Shown: positions 1-9,755 of the stretch, piece after piece
Numbering within the stretch: position 1 is the stretch's first letter
How the letters are laid out: every line of letters begins with the position of its first letter
Source: an uncultured Planctomycetales bacterium
GTDB taxonomy: Bacteria > Omnitrophota > Gorgyraeia > Zapsychrales > JANLHA01
Assembly: GCA_964474085.1 (NCBI GenBank)
Contig: CAYYRJ010000005.1
Location: 23,244-87,243, forward strand
Direction of reading: 5' to 3'
DNA: 64,000 bases
Notes under the pieces: generated by a model
The model's database searches: none
Told to the model about the DNA's origin: nothing
Seen by the model: the letters and a program-made list of their open reading frames with translations, nothing else
Translations under genes and position numbers: made by a program

Positions 1-24
1 TTATCTAACAAAAGGAGAGTCAAA

Positions 25-753
25 ATGATGCGCACAGGAAATCCGGTTCTCAATGACAATACGTTTAACAATGTGGCAACGTATGATCAAAGCAATGCCA
101 TGACGATTCAAGGAACGACCAATAAAGCGTTTTTGCTTTTGGGCCTTATCCTTTTGAGTGCGTCGTGGGTCTGGAGCAATCCGGCAAAATTGGCCATGTT
201 TTTTCTTCCGGCGATGATTGTCGGTGTTATCGTTGCGCTCGTCACGGTTTTTAAAAAAGAATGGGCGATGTTTACCTCGCCGGTGTATGCCTTAGTCCAG
301 GGGGTTATTTTAGGCGGTTTGTCTTCGATGTTTGAAAAGGCTTATCCGGGCATCGTGATCCAGGCGGTGGGCTTGACTTTTGGCACGATGTTTGCCCTGC
401 TGGCGGTTTATAAAAGCGGTCTTATCAAGGTCACCGATAATTTCCGTATGGGAATTTTTGCAGCTACCGGCGGGATTGCGGTGTTTTATTTTGCAACATG
501 GATTTTAAGTCTTTTTAACGTCAATGTTTCTATCATTGGCAGCAACAGCTTGTTGGGGATTGGGTTTAGCCTTATCGTTGTCGTTGTTGCGGCGCTTAAC
601 CTTGTTCTTGATTTTGATTTCATCGAAAAAGGAGCGCAATCAGGCGCGCCCAAGTATATGGAATGGTACGGCGCTTTTGGCTTGATGGTGACCTTGATCT
701 GGTTATATATGGAAATTTTGCGCTTGCTTTCCAAGCTTCGCAGCAGAGACTAA
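25..753 (+). CDS. Bax inhibitor-1/YccA-family polytopic inner membrane protein
   Basis: ATG at 25 with AAAGGAG RBS; 242 aa with about 7 predicted TM helices; overall layout resembles the BI-1/YccA family. Confidence 0.45.
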   Translation: MMRTGNPVLNDNTFNNVATYDQSNAMTIQGTTNKAFLLLGLILLSASWVWSNPAKLAMFFLPAMIVGVIVALVTVFKKEWAMFTSPVYALVQGVILGGLSSMFEKAYPGIVIQAVGLTFGTMFALLAVYKSGLIKVTDNFRMGIFAATGGIAVFYFATWILSLFNVNVSIIGSNSLLGIGFSLIVVVVAALNLVLDFDFIEKGAQSGAPKYMEWYGAFGLMVTLIWLYMEILRLLSKLRSRD

Positions 754-761
754 GGCAAGCT

Positions 762-983
762 ATGGCGCAGGTCAATAATTTGATTGAGTGGGATTATTTG
801 GGTTCGCATTTTAGTGTTTACATCAAACATTATACCGACGATGACGGACGCAAGGGCATGACGATGATTTTTGAAGATGTCACGCACGAAAAGGTCACAG
901 AAATGGTCATTCCTTCGCGCAGTTTTCCGGCTTTTTTAAAAGCGGTCAATGGTGCGCCGGATAGGTATCGACCCAATTTTTAA
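762..983 (+). CDS. small hypothetical protein (73 aa)
   Basis: Internal ATG of ORF 663..983, immediately after the stop of the upstream gene; no recognisable motif. Confidence 0.2.
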   Translation: MAQVNNLIEWDYLGSHFSVYIKHYTDDDGRKGMTMIFEDVTHEKVTEMVIPSRSFPAFLKAVNGAPDRYRPNF

Positions 984-1018
984 AAAGTTAACGTTTGTTC
1001 ATTGACAAAGGAGGCGTT

Positions 1019-1279
1019 ATGAGCACCAAAAGATGTTCACGCTGTCGCAACAGAAAGTCCTTGGATCAGTTTGTCAAAAATGCCAAAAGTCGCGACGGAT
1101 TAACGCATTATTGCCGTCCATGTAAGAAAATTATTATGCAAGAGTATTTCGCCACGCAAGAAGGGATCGCAGCTAAGAAGCGTATGGCTGATAATCTTCG
1201 TTTGCGTCGTCAAGCTGCAAAGAAAGCAAAGCAAGCCAAGCAAACTAAACAAGTTAAGCAAACCCCAAAAAGAAAGTAA
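1019..1279 (+). CDS. small zinc-ribbon protein with Lys-rich KQAKQ-repeat tail
   Basis: Internal ATG preceded by AAGGAGG; CxxC...CxxC pairs (CSRC...CRPC) followed by a basic KQAKQTKQVKQ tail. Confidence 0.4.
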   Translation: MSTKRCSRCRNRKSLDQFVKNAKSRDGLTHYCRPCKKIIMQEYFATQEGIAAKKRMADNLRLRRQAAKKAKQAKQTKQVKQTPKRK

Positions 1280-1296
1280 TAACTAAAGGAGATTTT

Positions 1297-1578
1297 ATGG
1301 CCAGAGCAAGCGCGCGGCATATTCTTGTCGCCAGTCAGGCAGAGTGCATTAAATTAAAGAGTGAAATTGAAGGTGGCAAAGATTTTGCGGCTGTTGCAAA
1401 GGCGCATTCGCAATGCCCGTCGGGAAAACAAGGCGGCGCTTTAGGCGAATTTGGCCCCGGACAAATGGTGCCGGAATTTGACAAGGTGGTTTTTAGCGGC
1501 GAGGTCGGCAAAGTTCACGGGCCGGTCAAAACACAGTTTGGGTATCATTTAGTCGAGATTACCAAGCGGGTGGACTAG
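1297..1578 (+). CDS. ppiC: parvulin-type peptidyl-prolyl cis-trans isomerase C
   Basis: 93 aa collinear with E. coli PpiC (HILV...CPSGK.GG.LGEF..GQMVPEFD...FGYH); AAGGAG RBS. Confidence 0.85.
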   Translation: MARASARHILVASQAECIKLKSEIEGGKDFAAVAKAHSQCPSGKQGGALGEFGPGQMVPEFDKVVFSGEVGKVHGPVKTQFGYHLVEITKRVD

Positions 1579-1676
1579 TGCACTGTCAATTTAATTTTAA
1601 ATGGCCTAATTTCAGAAAAAGTGCACTTTTGTACTGTGCACAACTATTAACAATTAAGATTACACAGTACTAGCTG

Positions 1677-2672
1677 ATGAAAAATCCGACGACGCTCATT
1701 CTTGACCGCAAGAGTGTTGAGACACTTATCGACATGAAATCTGCAATCCGTGCTGTTGAAAAAGTTTTTGGGCAGCATGGTCTTGGGCGTACGCTTATGC
1801 CGCCAAAGATCTATTTGGATTTGCCGCAGTTTGGCGGGGATTTTCGTGCGATGCCGGCCTATGCCCAAGGGATCGGGAAATGTTCTCTTAAATGGGTCAA
1901 TACGCATGCGAATAATGCCACATATGGTTTTCCATCGGTGATGGCGGTCATCATTTTGAATGATCCTAAAACCGGATTTCCTTTGAGCATTATGGATGCA
2001 ACGGCTTTGACGAGTATCCGTACCGGCGCCGCCGGTGGTGTTGCGGCAAAGTATCTTGCTTTTCAAAAAAGTCAAATAGTCGGCTTAGTCGGTTGCGGGG
2101 TGCAGGCTAAGACACAGCTTTTGGCTTTGCGAGAAATTTTTAAAATCAAAAGCGTTAAAGTCTGGGGCAAAGAAACAAGCCTTGCCCAAAATTTTGTAAA
2201 ACAGATGCAGCGTCCCGGCGAGACGATGAGCGTTTGCTCGACGGTTAAAGACTGCGTCGGCGATTGTGATATTGTGGTAACGACAACCCCTTCCCGAAAG
2301 CCGATTGTCCAGCGCTCATGGATCAAAAACGGCACGCATATTAATGCCATTGGCGCAGATGCCGCCGGTAAACAGGAACTGGATCCTTTGATTTTGAAAA
2401 ATGCTAAAGTTGTCGTCGATGATTATCGTCAAGCCAGCCATAGCGGAGAAATCAATGTGCCGGTTTCAAAAGGAAATCTGAGCCAAAAAGATATTTATGC
2501 GCAGTTAGGCCAGATTGTTTGCGGCAATAAAAAGGGCCGCAGTTCTCAGCAGGAAATTACGGTTTTTGATTCAACAGGTTTGGCGATACAGGATTTGGCG
2601 GTTGCGGATCTGGTTTATCGCAGCGCTTTAAAACAAAACGTCGGGCAAAAATTTAATTTGCTGGGATTGTAA
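1677..2672 (+). CDS. ornithine cyclodeaminase/mu-crystallin family protein
   Basis: 331 aa; OCD/mu-crystallin-like Rossmann region (IVGLVGCGVQAKTQL) and family-typical N-terminal segment. Confidence 0.65.
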   Translation: MKNPTTLILDRKSVETLIDMKSAIRAVEKVFGQHGLGRTLMPPKIYLDLPQFGGDFRAMPAYAQGIGKCSLKWVNTHANNATYGFPSVMAVIILNDPKTGFPLSIMDATALTSIRTGAAGGVAAKYLAFQKSQIVGLVGCGVQAKTQLLALREIFKIKSVKVWGKETSLAQNFVKQMQRPGETMSVCSTVKDCVGDCDIVVTTTPSRKPIVQRSWIKNGTHINAIGADAAGKQELDPLILKNAKVVVDDYRQASHSGEINVPVSKGNLSQKDIYAQLGQIVCGNKKGRSSQQEITVFDSTGLAIQDLAVADLVYRSALKQNVGQKFNLLGL

Positions 2673-2676
2673 GCCG

Positions 2677-3486
2677 TTATAAAAGTTTACTCAACGATCT
2701 AACAAAATTTCCGTCATTATAACTTCCGACATATGCCGTTGCTCCGGCATCAATACATTCTTGTTTTGCGGTATCAATGCTGATAGCTTTTTGTCTTGTG
2801 TCGTCTGTCCCGCCTTCGACGGTTTCTTGATAACTGTAAAGGAAGATAGGGATTTTTTCAAGTTTAGGAAGACCGCGGACAATGTTGACGATATCTTTGA
2901 CGGCAATGTTTTCCAAAGGTATTTCCAGCAAGAAGACATTTGGCAGAAATGCTCCAATTTTGGGAAGAATTTGGAGGCAATCCGCCGTTGTTTCGACAGT
3001 ATAATCTTGTTCTTGGAGGTGTTTGGAGATTTCTTGTATAACGCGATCTTCGACGCCGGCAATGAAAATTTTTTTGCTTTTTGTTAATGGTTTGGCGATA
3101 GTCGGCCCCGAGGTGACAGGTGCACTGGTAGCAAGATGTTTATTGACGGTAGCCAGCAATGTTTGCGCATCAAACGGCTTTGCAAGAAAATCCGCAACGC
3201 CCATCGAGGTAAACGTATCTGACATTTTTCCCCGCGCCGTCAAAACAATCACAGGGATTTTTGCGGTGGCCGCGTTCTGTTGAAGAGCTTTAAAAAGACC
3301 AAAGCCGTCTAATTCCGGCATCAGAACGTCGGTAATAATTAAATCTGGTTTCATGGTTTTAATTTGTTCTAATGCGATACGGCCGTTGGGGGCGGACGAA
3401 ACATCATAGCCGGCATTTTTAAGACGCTCAACAATGACATGGCTTAGGTCAGGTTCATCATCGACAACAAGAATTATTTTTGGCAT
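2677..3486 (-). CDS. response regulator: N-terminal REC plus C-terminal receiver-like domain of unknown function
   Basis: ILVVDDEPD...IITDVLMPELDGF...KP receiver signature; C-terminal half weakly REC-like. Confidence 0.7.
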   Translation of the reverse strand: MPKIILVVDDEPDLSHVIVERLKNAGYDVSSAPNGRIALEQIKTMKPDLIITDVLMPELDGFGLFKALQQNAATAKIPVIVLTARGKMSDTFTSMGVADFLAKPFDAQTLLATVNKHLATSAPVTSGPTIAKPLTKSKKIFIAGVEDRVIQEISKHLQEQDYTVETTADCLQILPKIGAFLPNVFLLEIPLENIAVKDIVNIVRGLPKLEKIPIFLYSYQETVEGGTDDTRQKAISIDTAKQECIDAGATAYVGSYNDGNFVRSLSKLL

Positions 3487-3668
3487 AAGAAAACCTCGGT
3501 TTAAATATTAACGAGGCATTGTAGCCGTCTTCCTATTTAATCACAAGAAAAATATAGAATGCTTTTTTAAAAAAAGCATGAATCAACTTTGTTTTTTTTG
3601 TCTCTGAAGTAGAATTAAAGAGTTTGTTAAAGCTTTTGCAGAATTTGTTGCACAACAATGGAGGCGCG

Positions 3669-4037
3669 ATGAAAAAGATTTTGATTGTTGAAGATGAACT
3701 CGACTTATTGACAATACTCAAACAACGCTTGGAACATCACCATTATGAAGTTTTGGAAGCGTCTGACGGAGAAGAGGGGCTAAAAAAAGTCGAGGAAAGC
3801 AAGCCAGACTTGATTATCCTTGATATTAAAATGCCAAAGCTCGACGGGTATACCTTTATTAAGGAAATGCGCACCAAAAAAGAAAATGCCAAAATTCCGG
3901 TTATCGTATTAACAGCGCACGCAAATTTGGATTCTTTGTTTAAAGTTGAAGGAGTAACAGCGTACTTTACAAAACCGTATGAGACGCAAACAATATTGGC
4001 AGCGATTGAAAATGCTTTAAGTTCTGCCGCAAAATAG
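3669..4037 (+). CDS. single-domain response regulator (CheY-like REC)
   Basis: Internal ATG 4 nt after GGAGG; KILIVEDE...LIILDIKMPKLDG...TKP receiver motifs; no output domain. Confidence 0.8.
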   Translation: MKKILIVEDELDLLTILKQRLEHHHYEVLEASDGEEGLKKVEESKPDLIILDIKMPKLDGYTFIKEMRTKKENAKIPVIVLTAHANLDSLFKVEGVTAYFTKPYETQTILAAIENALSSAAK

Positions 4038-4061
4038 AAAAGTAGGAAAGTGGAGAATAAT

Positions 4062-4089
4062 TTGCACGTCGTTGTCATTATGCTATAAT
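4062..4089 (+). promoter_or_regulatory. sigma70-like promoter (TTGCAC, 16-nt spacer, TATAAT) upstream of the GalT-like pair
   Basis: -35 TTGCAC 4062-4067 and -10 TATAAT 4084-4089, about 50 nt upstream of ATG 4142. Confidence 0.4.
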
Positions 4090-4141
4090 CGCTCTTCTTG
4101 ATTAATAAATTGGTGGGTGTTTAATCGTTTTTTAAATATAT

Positions 4142-5146
4142 ATGCCAGAACTACGTAAAGATCCGGTTATCGGGCGTTGGGTCATTATTGCTACTGAAAG
4201 AGCAAGACGGCCTGGTGTTTTTATCGATTCCCAAAAGAATACTTTTGATTCGGGGCATTGTTCGTTCTGTGACAATCAGGAAAAAGAAATTTATGCAGTG
4301 TATCCTCAGCCAGGCGGCCCGTGGAAAGTCCGTGTTGTCGAAAGCGGTACGCCTCTTTTGTCGACCCATGGAAAGTTTAGCCGAAAAGGTCACGGTCTTT
4401 ATGATGTGGTCAATGATTACGGCAGCCATGAGGTGGTCATTGAAACGCCGGAACATATTGCCAACATGGCGGATTTAAGCCAGGAACAAATTCGCATGGT
4501 TTTTGAAACCTACGCTGTCCGTTACAATGAACTTGAAAAAAACGCCAATTTTCAATATGTCATTGCTTACAAAAATTACGGCTGGGCGGCAGGTTCTCGT
4601 CGCATTGGGCATTCGCGTTCGCAGATCATTTCTACGTCGGTTATTCCTTTTAGCGCCAAAGAAAAACTTGCCGGAGCCAAAAAATATTATAATTACCGCG
4701 AACGCTGTCTGTATTGCGACATGATTGCCCAGGAGCTTGAAGCTAAGGTCCGCATCATTGCCGAGAGCGAACATTTTGTGGCGATGACACCGTTTGCGCC
4801 GCGTTTTATTTTTGAAATTTGGATTCTTCCCAAGAAGCATCATTGCGATTTTGGCAAAGGTGTTCTCGGACATGAGCATGATTTAGCGGGGTTGATCAAA
4901 GTCCTTTTGATGAAATTAAAAAAAGGATTGGATGACCCGGCGTATAATTATGTCATTCATTCTGCGCCATTTCGTCATGGGGAAAAATCTACGAAGTGGA
5001 AAACATTGGCTGAGGATTATCATTGGCATATCGAACTTTTGCCGAGATTAACGCGTGTGGCCGGTTTTGAGCGGGGTTCCGGATTTTATATTTCTTCGAT
5101 TCCACCGGAAAGTGTTGCGGACTTTTTGCGGGAGGTCAAAGTTTAA
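4142..5146 (+). CDS. GalT-like hexose-1-phosphate nucleotidyltransferase family protein (HIT superfamily), variant copy with HSRSQ in place of the H-x-H-x-Q motif
   Basis: 334 aa; CxxC zinc pair, C-terminal YHWHIELLP, GalT-family collinearity; residues 157-161 are H-S-R-S-Q (Arg where the nucleophilic His is expected). Confidence 0.7.
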   Translation: MPELRKDPVIGRWVIIATERARRPGVFIDSQKNTFDSGHCSFCDNQEKEIYAVYPQPGGPWKVRVVESGTPLLSTHGKFSRKGHGLYDVVNDYGSHEVVIETPEHIANMADLSQEQIRMVFETYAVRYNELEKNANFQYVIAYKNYGWAAGSRRIGHSRSQIISTSVIPFSAKEKLAGAKKYYNYRERCLYCDMIAQELEAKVRIIAESEHFVAMTPFAPRFIFEIWILPKKHHCDFGKGVLGHEHDLAGLIKVLLMKLKKGLDDPAYNYVIHSAPFRHGEKSTKWKTLAEDYHWHIELLPRLTRVAGFERGSGFYISSIPPESVADFLREVKV

Positions 5147-6150
5147 TGTCAGAAGTAAGGAGAGATCCGGTTATTGGCCGTTGGGTGATTGTCGAACAGC
5201 GCGAAAAGTCTTTGGGCCCTGCGGATTATGAAAAAGAGCCGCATGTTATTAAGCAGGCGGCGGTTTGTCAGTTTTGTGCAGGCCGTGAAGCGCAAACTCC
5301 ACCGGAAGTCGACGCAATTCGGCCGGGCGTGTATGCGCCCAATGCGATAGGCTGGCAGGCGCGTGTTGTCCCCAATAAATTTCCGGCACTGCGTATTGAA
5401 GGCGATTTGGGCCGTCGGGGCGTAGGGCTTTATGATATGAGCAATGGCGTAGGAGCTCATGAGGTTTTGATCGAAACGCCAGAGCACGCAAAAAATTTTG
5501 CGGATTATTCCGTTGATGAAGTCGTCAATGTCCTTAAGCTTTATCAAAGCCGCTCAGCGAGCTTGGCTAGAGATAAACGTTTTAAGTACATTATGATCTT
5601 TAAAAATTATGGCCAATCGGCCGGCGCCTCTGTTGAGCATGCGCACAGCCAGATTATTGCTTTGCCGATGGTGCCCAAATATGTCGCCGAAGAATTGGAA
5701 GGCGCAAAACAGTATTACGATTTTCGCGGGCGTTGTGTGTTTTGCGATATGATACAGCAAGAGTATCAGGACCAGCGACGGATTATTACCAGCAATGACG
5801 GGTTTATCAGTTTTTGCCCGTTTGTCCCGCGCTTTCCGTTTGAAAGCTGGATTTTCCCCAAAGACCATGGTTGCGACTTTGTCACTTTGCAAGACAAAGA
5901 GCGACGGGAATTGGCGGAAATTCTCAAAAGTGTTCTGTTGCGGATAAAGGTTTGTTTATCGGATCCTTCTTATAATTTTTATTTGCACGTCACTCCTGTG
6001 GATTACGAAAATCCGCAGAGCTATCATTGGCATATTGAAATTGTTCCGCAGTTGACCCGCGTTGCCGGGTTTGAGTGGGGGACCGGTTTTTATGTTGTCC
6101 GCACCGCCCCATCGGTTGCCGCCGAGCATTTGCGCGGCGCGATTTCTTAA
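5146..6150 (+). CDS. GalT-like hexose-1-phosphate nucleotidyltransferase family protein (canonical HAHSQ motif)
   Basis: 334 aa paralog of the upstream gene; start overlaps its stop (TAATG); CxxC, H165-A-H167-S-Q169, YHWHIEIVP. Confidence 0.75.
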   Translation: MSEVRRDPVIGRWVIVEQREKSLGPADYEKEPHVIKQAAVCQFCAGREAQTPPEVDAIRPGVYAPNAIGWQARVVPNKFPALRIEGDLGRRGVGLYDMSNGVGAHEVLIETPEHAKNFADYSVDEVVNVLKLYQSRSASLARDKRFKYIMIFKNYGQSAGASVEHAHSQIIALPMVPKYVAEELEGAKQYYDFRGRCVFCDMIQQEYQDQRRIITSNDGFISFCPFVPRFPFESWIFPKDHGCDFVTLQDKERRELAEILKSVLLRIKVCLSDPSYNFYLHVTPVDYENPQSYHWHIEIVPQLTRVAGFEWGTGFYVVRTAPSVAAEHLRGAIS

Positions 6151-6197
6151 GTCTCGTTCTTAAACATAAAAATTTCATTAACAAAAAGTAACATTAA

Positions 6198-7217
<1,020 letters not shown>

Positions 7218-7235
7218 TTGTCAGATGTTCGCACC

Positions 7236-7270
7236 GGGGGATGGCTGTTTTAAGCCATCCCCCTTTTTCT
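7236..7270 (+). terminator. rho-independent terminator after gap
   Basis: GGGGGATGGC / GCCATCCCCC 10-bp stem, 8-nt loop, followed by TTTTTCT. Confidence 0.7.
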
Positions 7271-7272
7271 GT

Positions 7273-7797
7273 ATGAGAAAATTAACTCACGAAGAGATTG
7301 TCAGCCGTCAACAAGCTAATCCTCAGAAACCTCTGGGGTTTACGGTTCTTCTTAATGATATTCGTAGTCTGCATAATGTCGGTTCTGTTTTTCGCACGGC
7401 CGACGGGATTGGTGTTGAAAAAATCTGGCTTTGCGGCATTACCGGGTATCCGCCGGATTCACAAATTACAAAAACCGCACTCGGCGCAGAAATGCGCGTG
7501 CCCTGGAGCCATGCGTATGATGCCGTTTCGGTCGTAAGGGACCTTAAAAAAAACGGTTATCAAATTGTCCTTGTAGAACAGACCGACAGCAGTGTTTCGT
7601 ACCATGATTTTTTGCCGACGGCGCCGGTGTGTCTGATTCTTGGTAATGAAATAGAGGGGGTATCCGATCAGCTCGTCGATTTAGCTGATGCGTCTGTTGA
7701 AATCGAAATGGCTGGACATAAGAATTCTTTAAATGTCGGCGTAGCTCTAGGAATCGTTGGATACCATTTTCGAAATTGTTTGAAAACAACAATTTGA
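7273..7797 (+). CDS. SpoU/TrmH-family RNA 2'-O-methyltransferase
   Basis: Internal ATG just after the terminator; SpoU motifs (LLNDIRSLHNVGSVFRTAD, CLILGNEIEGVS, NSLNVGVALGI). Confidence 0.7.
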   Translation: MRKLTHEEIVSRQQANPQKPLGFTVLLNDIRSLHNVGSVFRTADGIGVEKIWLCGITGYPPDSQITKTALGAEMRVPWSHAYDAVSVVRDLKKNGYQIVLVEQTDSSVSYHDFLPTAPVCLILGNEIEGVSDQLVDLADASVEIEMAGHKNSLNVGVALGIVGYHFRNCLKTTI

Positions 7798-7881
7798 AGA
7801 ATGTTTTTGGGGCACTTGCTTTTTGGTAAATGCTGTTATAATAAACCCGGATTTTGCACTAGCCGAAGGCAAATTTTCATT

Positions 7882-8892
7882 ATGTTTAAAAAATTCCTAT
7901 TTTATTCTTTTGTTGGTGTTTTGATGGTCTGGGCCGCAGGTTGCGAAACTGTTTCTGTGACTCCAGGGGTTTCGCGTGATTTAAAAGTCCTTTGTGAACA
8001 ATACAATATTCAATGGTATTTTGACAATGTTTCGCAGGTTGTGAACCTTCGGGCCGCTGGCCGTGAAGCGAAAGCTTTAGTCGGCAGCAACATCGTTGTT
8101 GTTGAGGGTCAAAAAGTTTTTTTAAGTGACGTTTTGCGTCGGGAACAGGGCAGAGTGATTGTTCCGGAAGATTTTCTGCCCAAAGTTATTTTGCGTGTTG
8201 TCGGTTCCTCCATTGCAGGCCGGCAGGGTTATCATATCGTTGTCGATGCCGGGCATGGCGGCAAGGACCCGGGAGCCAGGAGTCGAAACGGGACAGAAGA
8301 AAAAGATATTACGCTTGATATCGCACGGCGTTTAAAACAAAACTTGGAAGACAAGGGTTTTAAAGTCACGATGACGCGCGATCGAGATGTTTTTATTTCG
8401 CTCGAGGAGCGCACCGAAATCGCCACTCGCGCCAAGGCAGATATTTTTGTCAGCATCCATGCGAATTCCAGTCCGACACGCAATGTCGATGGGATTGAAG
8501 TTTATGCGCTAAGGGATTTGAACAGCGCCGAAAAGCGTGACCCGCAGCGTCTTAAAAACCAGCGTGTTTTGGCAAAAAGTCTAACGATGAAAAACAATGA
8601 TGCAAGTCTTGAGTCGATTATTGCCGACATGCTTTATAACTATAAAATGGCCGAGTCCCAGCTTTTGGCGGCGTACGTTAATAAAGGAACAAGTTTGGGG
8701 GCAAATGTGGTCAGCCGAGGGGTTAAACGTGCGGGGTTTCATGTTTTGCGTAACACTTTGATTCCGGCTGTTTTAGTCGAAGTCGGGTTTTTATCGAATA
8801 CTCAAGAAGAAATGTTGCTGCGAAAGGCTGAGTACCGTCAAAAGATTGCCGACGGAGTTGCGGCAAGTGTGGCGAGTTTTTCGGCACGTTAA
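7882..8892 (+). CDS. N-acetylmuramoyl-L-alanine amidase (Amidase_3, AmiC-like) lipoprotein
   Basis: Signal peptide with lipobox (WAAGC); Amidase_3 core IVVDAGHGGKDPGA...SIHANS...GFHVLRN. Confidence 0.8.
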   Translation: MFKKFLFYSFVGVLMVWAAGCETVSVTPGVSRDLKVLCEQYNIQWYFDNVSQVVNLRAAGREAKALVGSNIVVVEGQKVFLSDVLRREQGRVIVPEDFLPKVILRVVGSSIAGRQGYHIVVDAGHGGKDPGARSRNGTEEKDITLDIARRLKQNLEDKGFKVTMTRDRDVFISLEERTEIATRAKADIFVSIHANSSPTRNVDGIEVYALRDLNSAEKRDPQRLKNQRVLAKSLTMKNNDASLESIIADMLYNYKMAESQLLAAYVNKGTSLGANVVSRGVKRAGFHVLRNTLIPAVLVEVGFLSNTQEEMLLRKAEYRQKIADGVAASVASFSAR

Positions 8893-8906
8893 ACAGGATG
8901 TTAGAC

Positions 8907-8933
8907 GCTGGAGGCTGGAGGCTGGAGGCTGGA
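8907..8933 (+). repeat. heptanucleotide tandem repeat (GCTGGAG)x3.9 in the murI 5' region
   Basis: gctggag gctggag gctggag gctgga read directly between the amidase stop and the murI start. Confidence 0.8.
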
Positions 8934-8942
8934 AAAACTTTT

Positions 8943-9755
8943 ATGTTGAGTATAAAAAATAAAAACCAAGCGATCGGCGTTTTTGATTCGGGCTTAGGCG
9001 GCTTGACGGTTGTCAAAGCGCTGATGCGCCGAATGCCTCAGGAAGACATCGTGTATTTTGGCGATACTGCACGCGTTCCTTATGGGACAAAGTCACGGGA
9101 ATCGATTATCCGTTTTTCGAAAGAAAACGTAGCCTTGCTTTTAAAGCGACAAGTCAAAATGATTGTCGTTGCGTGTAATTCCTCGTCGAGTCATGCCTTG
9201 GCCACTTTGCACGAAACTTTTGATCTGCCGATTATTGGCGTCATTGAGCCGGGCTGTCGCGCCGCTGCGAAAGCCACTAAAAATAAAAGAATTGGCATTA
9301 TTGCGACACCCGCGACGATCAACAGTTACGCTTATCCGCAGGAAATCGCACGGTTAGATTCGACAATAAAAGTCATTGGCCAAGCTTGTCCGCTTTTTGT
9401 GCCGCTGATTGAAGAGGGCTGGTCTAAGAAACCTGTGACGGTGACAATCGCCAATGAGTATTTGAAAAAATTAAGCCAGTCAAAGATTGATACTTTGATT
9501 TTAGGCTGCACCCATTATCCGTTGTTAAAAAATACATTGCGTAAAGTTTTGGGCGCAAAAGTTAAGTTGGTCGATTCCGCCGAGGAAGTTGTTGTGGATG
9601 TGCGAAAAGTCTTGGAGCAGAAAGATGCTCTTAATGAAAAGACGCACAAAGGTAGTTATAAATTTCTTGTTAGTGATGAGCCGGCACATTTTCAAAAGTT
9701 GGCTCGTCGATTTTTAGGCTTTGATATTAGTAACGTGGAAAGATGCCATGTTTGA
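8943..9755 (+). CDS. murI: glutamate racemase
   Basis: GVFDSGLGGLTV, VVACNSSS and ILGCTHYP signatures. Confidence 0.85.
   Translation: MLSIKNKNQAIGVFDSGLGGLTVVKALMRRMPQEDIVYFGDTARVPYGTKSRESIIRFSKENVALLLKRQVKMIVVACNSSSSHALATLHETFDLPIIGVIEPGCRAAAKATKNKRIGIIATPATINSYAYPQEIARLDSTIKVIGQACPLFVPLIEEGWSKKPVTVTIANEYLKKLSQSKIDTLILGCTHYPLLKNTLRKVLGAKVKLVDSAEEVVVDVRKVLEQKDALNEKTHKGSYKFLVSDEPAHFQKLARRFLGFDISNVERCHV

Noticed and set aside
663-983. 106-aa ORF overlapping the 3' end of the first membrane-protein gene
   Set aside because: The 5' third lies in a different frame inside a well-supported gene. Only the part downstream of ATG 762 could be real, and it is reported at low confidence.
1647-2075. 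142-aa minus-strand ORF, along with similar antisense ORFs (4475-4879, 5149-5547, 21685-22155, 22202-22735, 33164-33502, 38182-38610 and others)
   Set aside because: Each lies entirely within and antisense to a strongly supported gene with clear homology, so they are shadow ORFs.
8907-8933. Possible CRISPR array, also checked window-wide
   Set aside because: This is only a 7-nt tandem repeat without spacers. No regularly spaced 25-40 nt direct repeats with unique spacers and no cas genes occur anywhere in the window.
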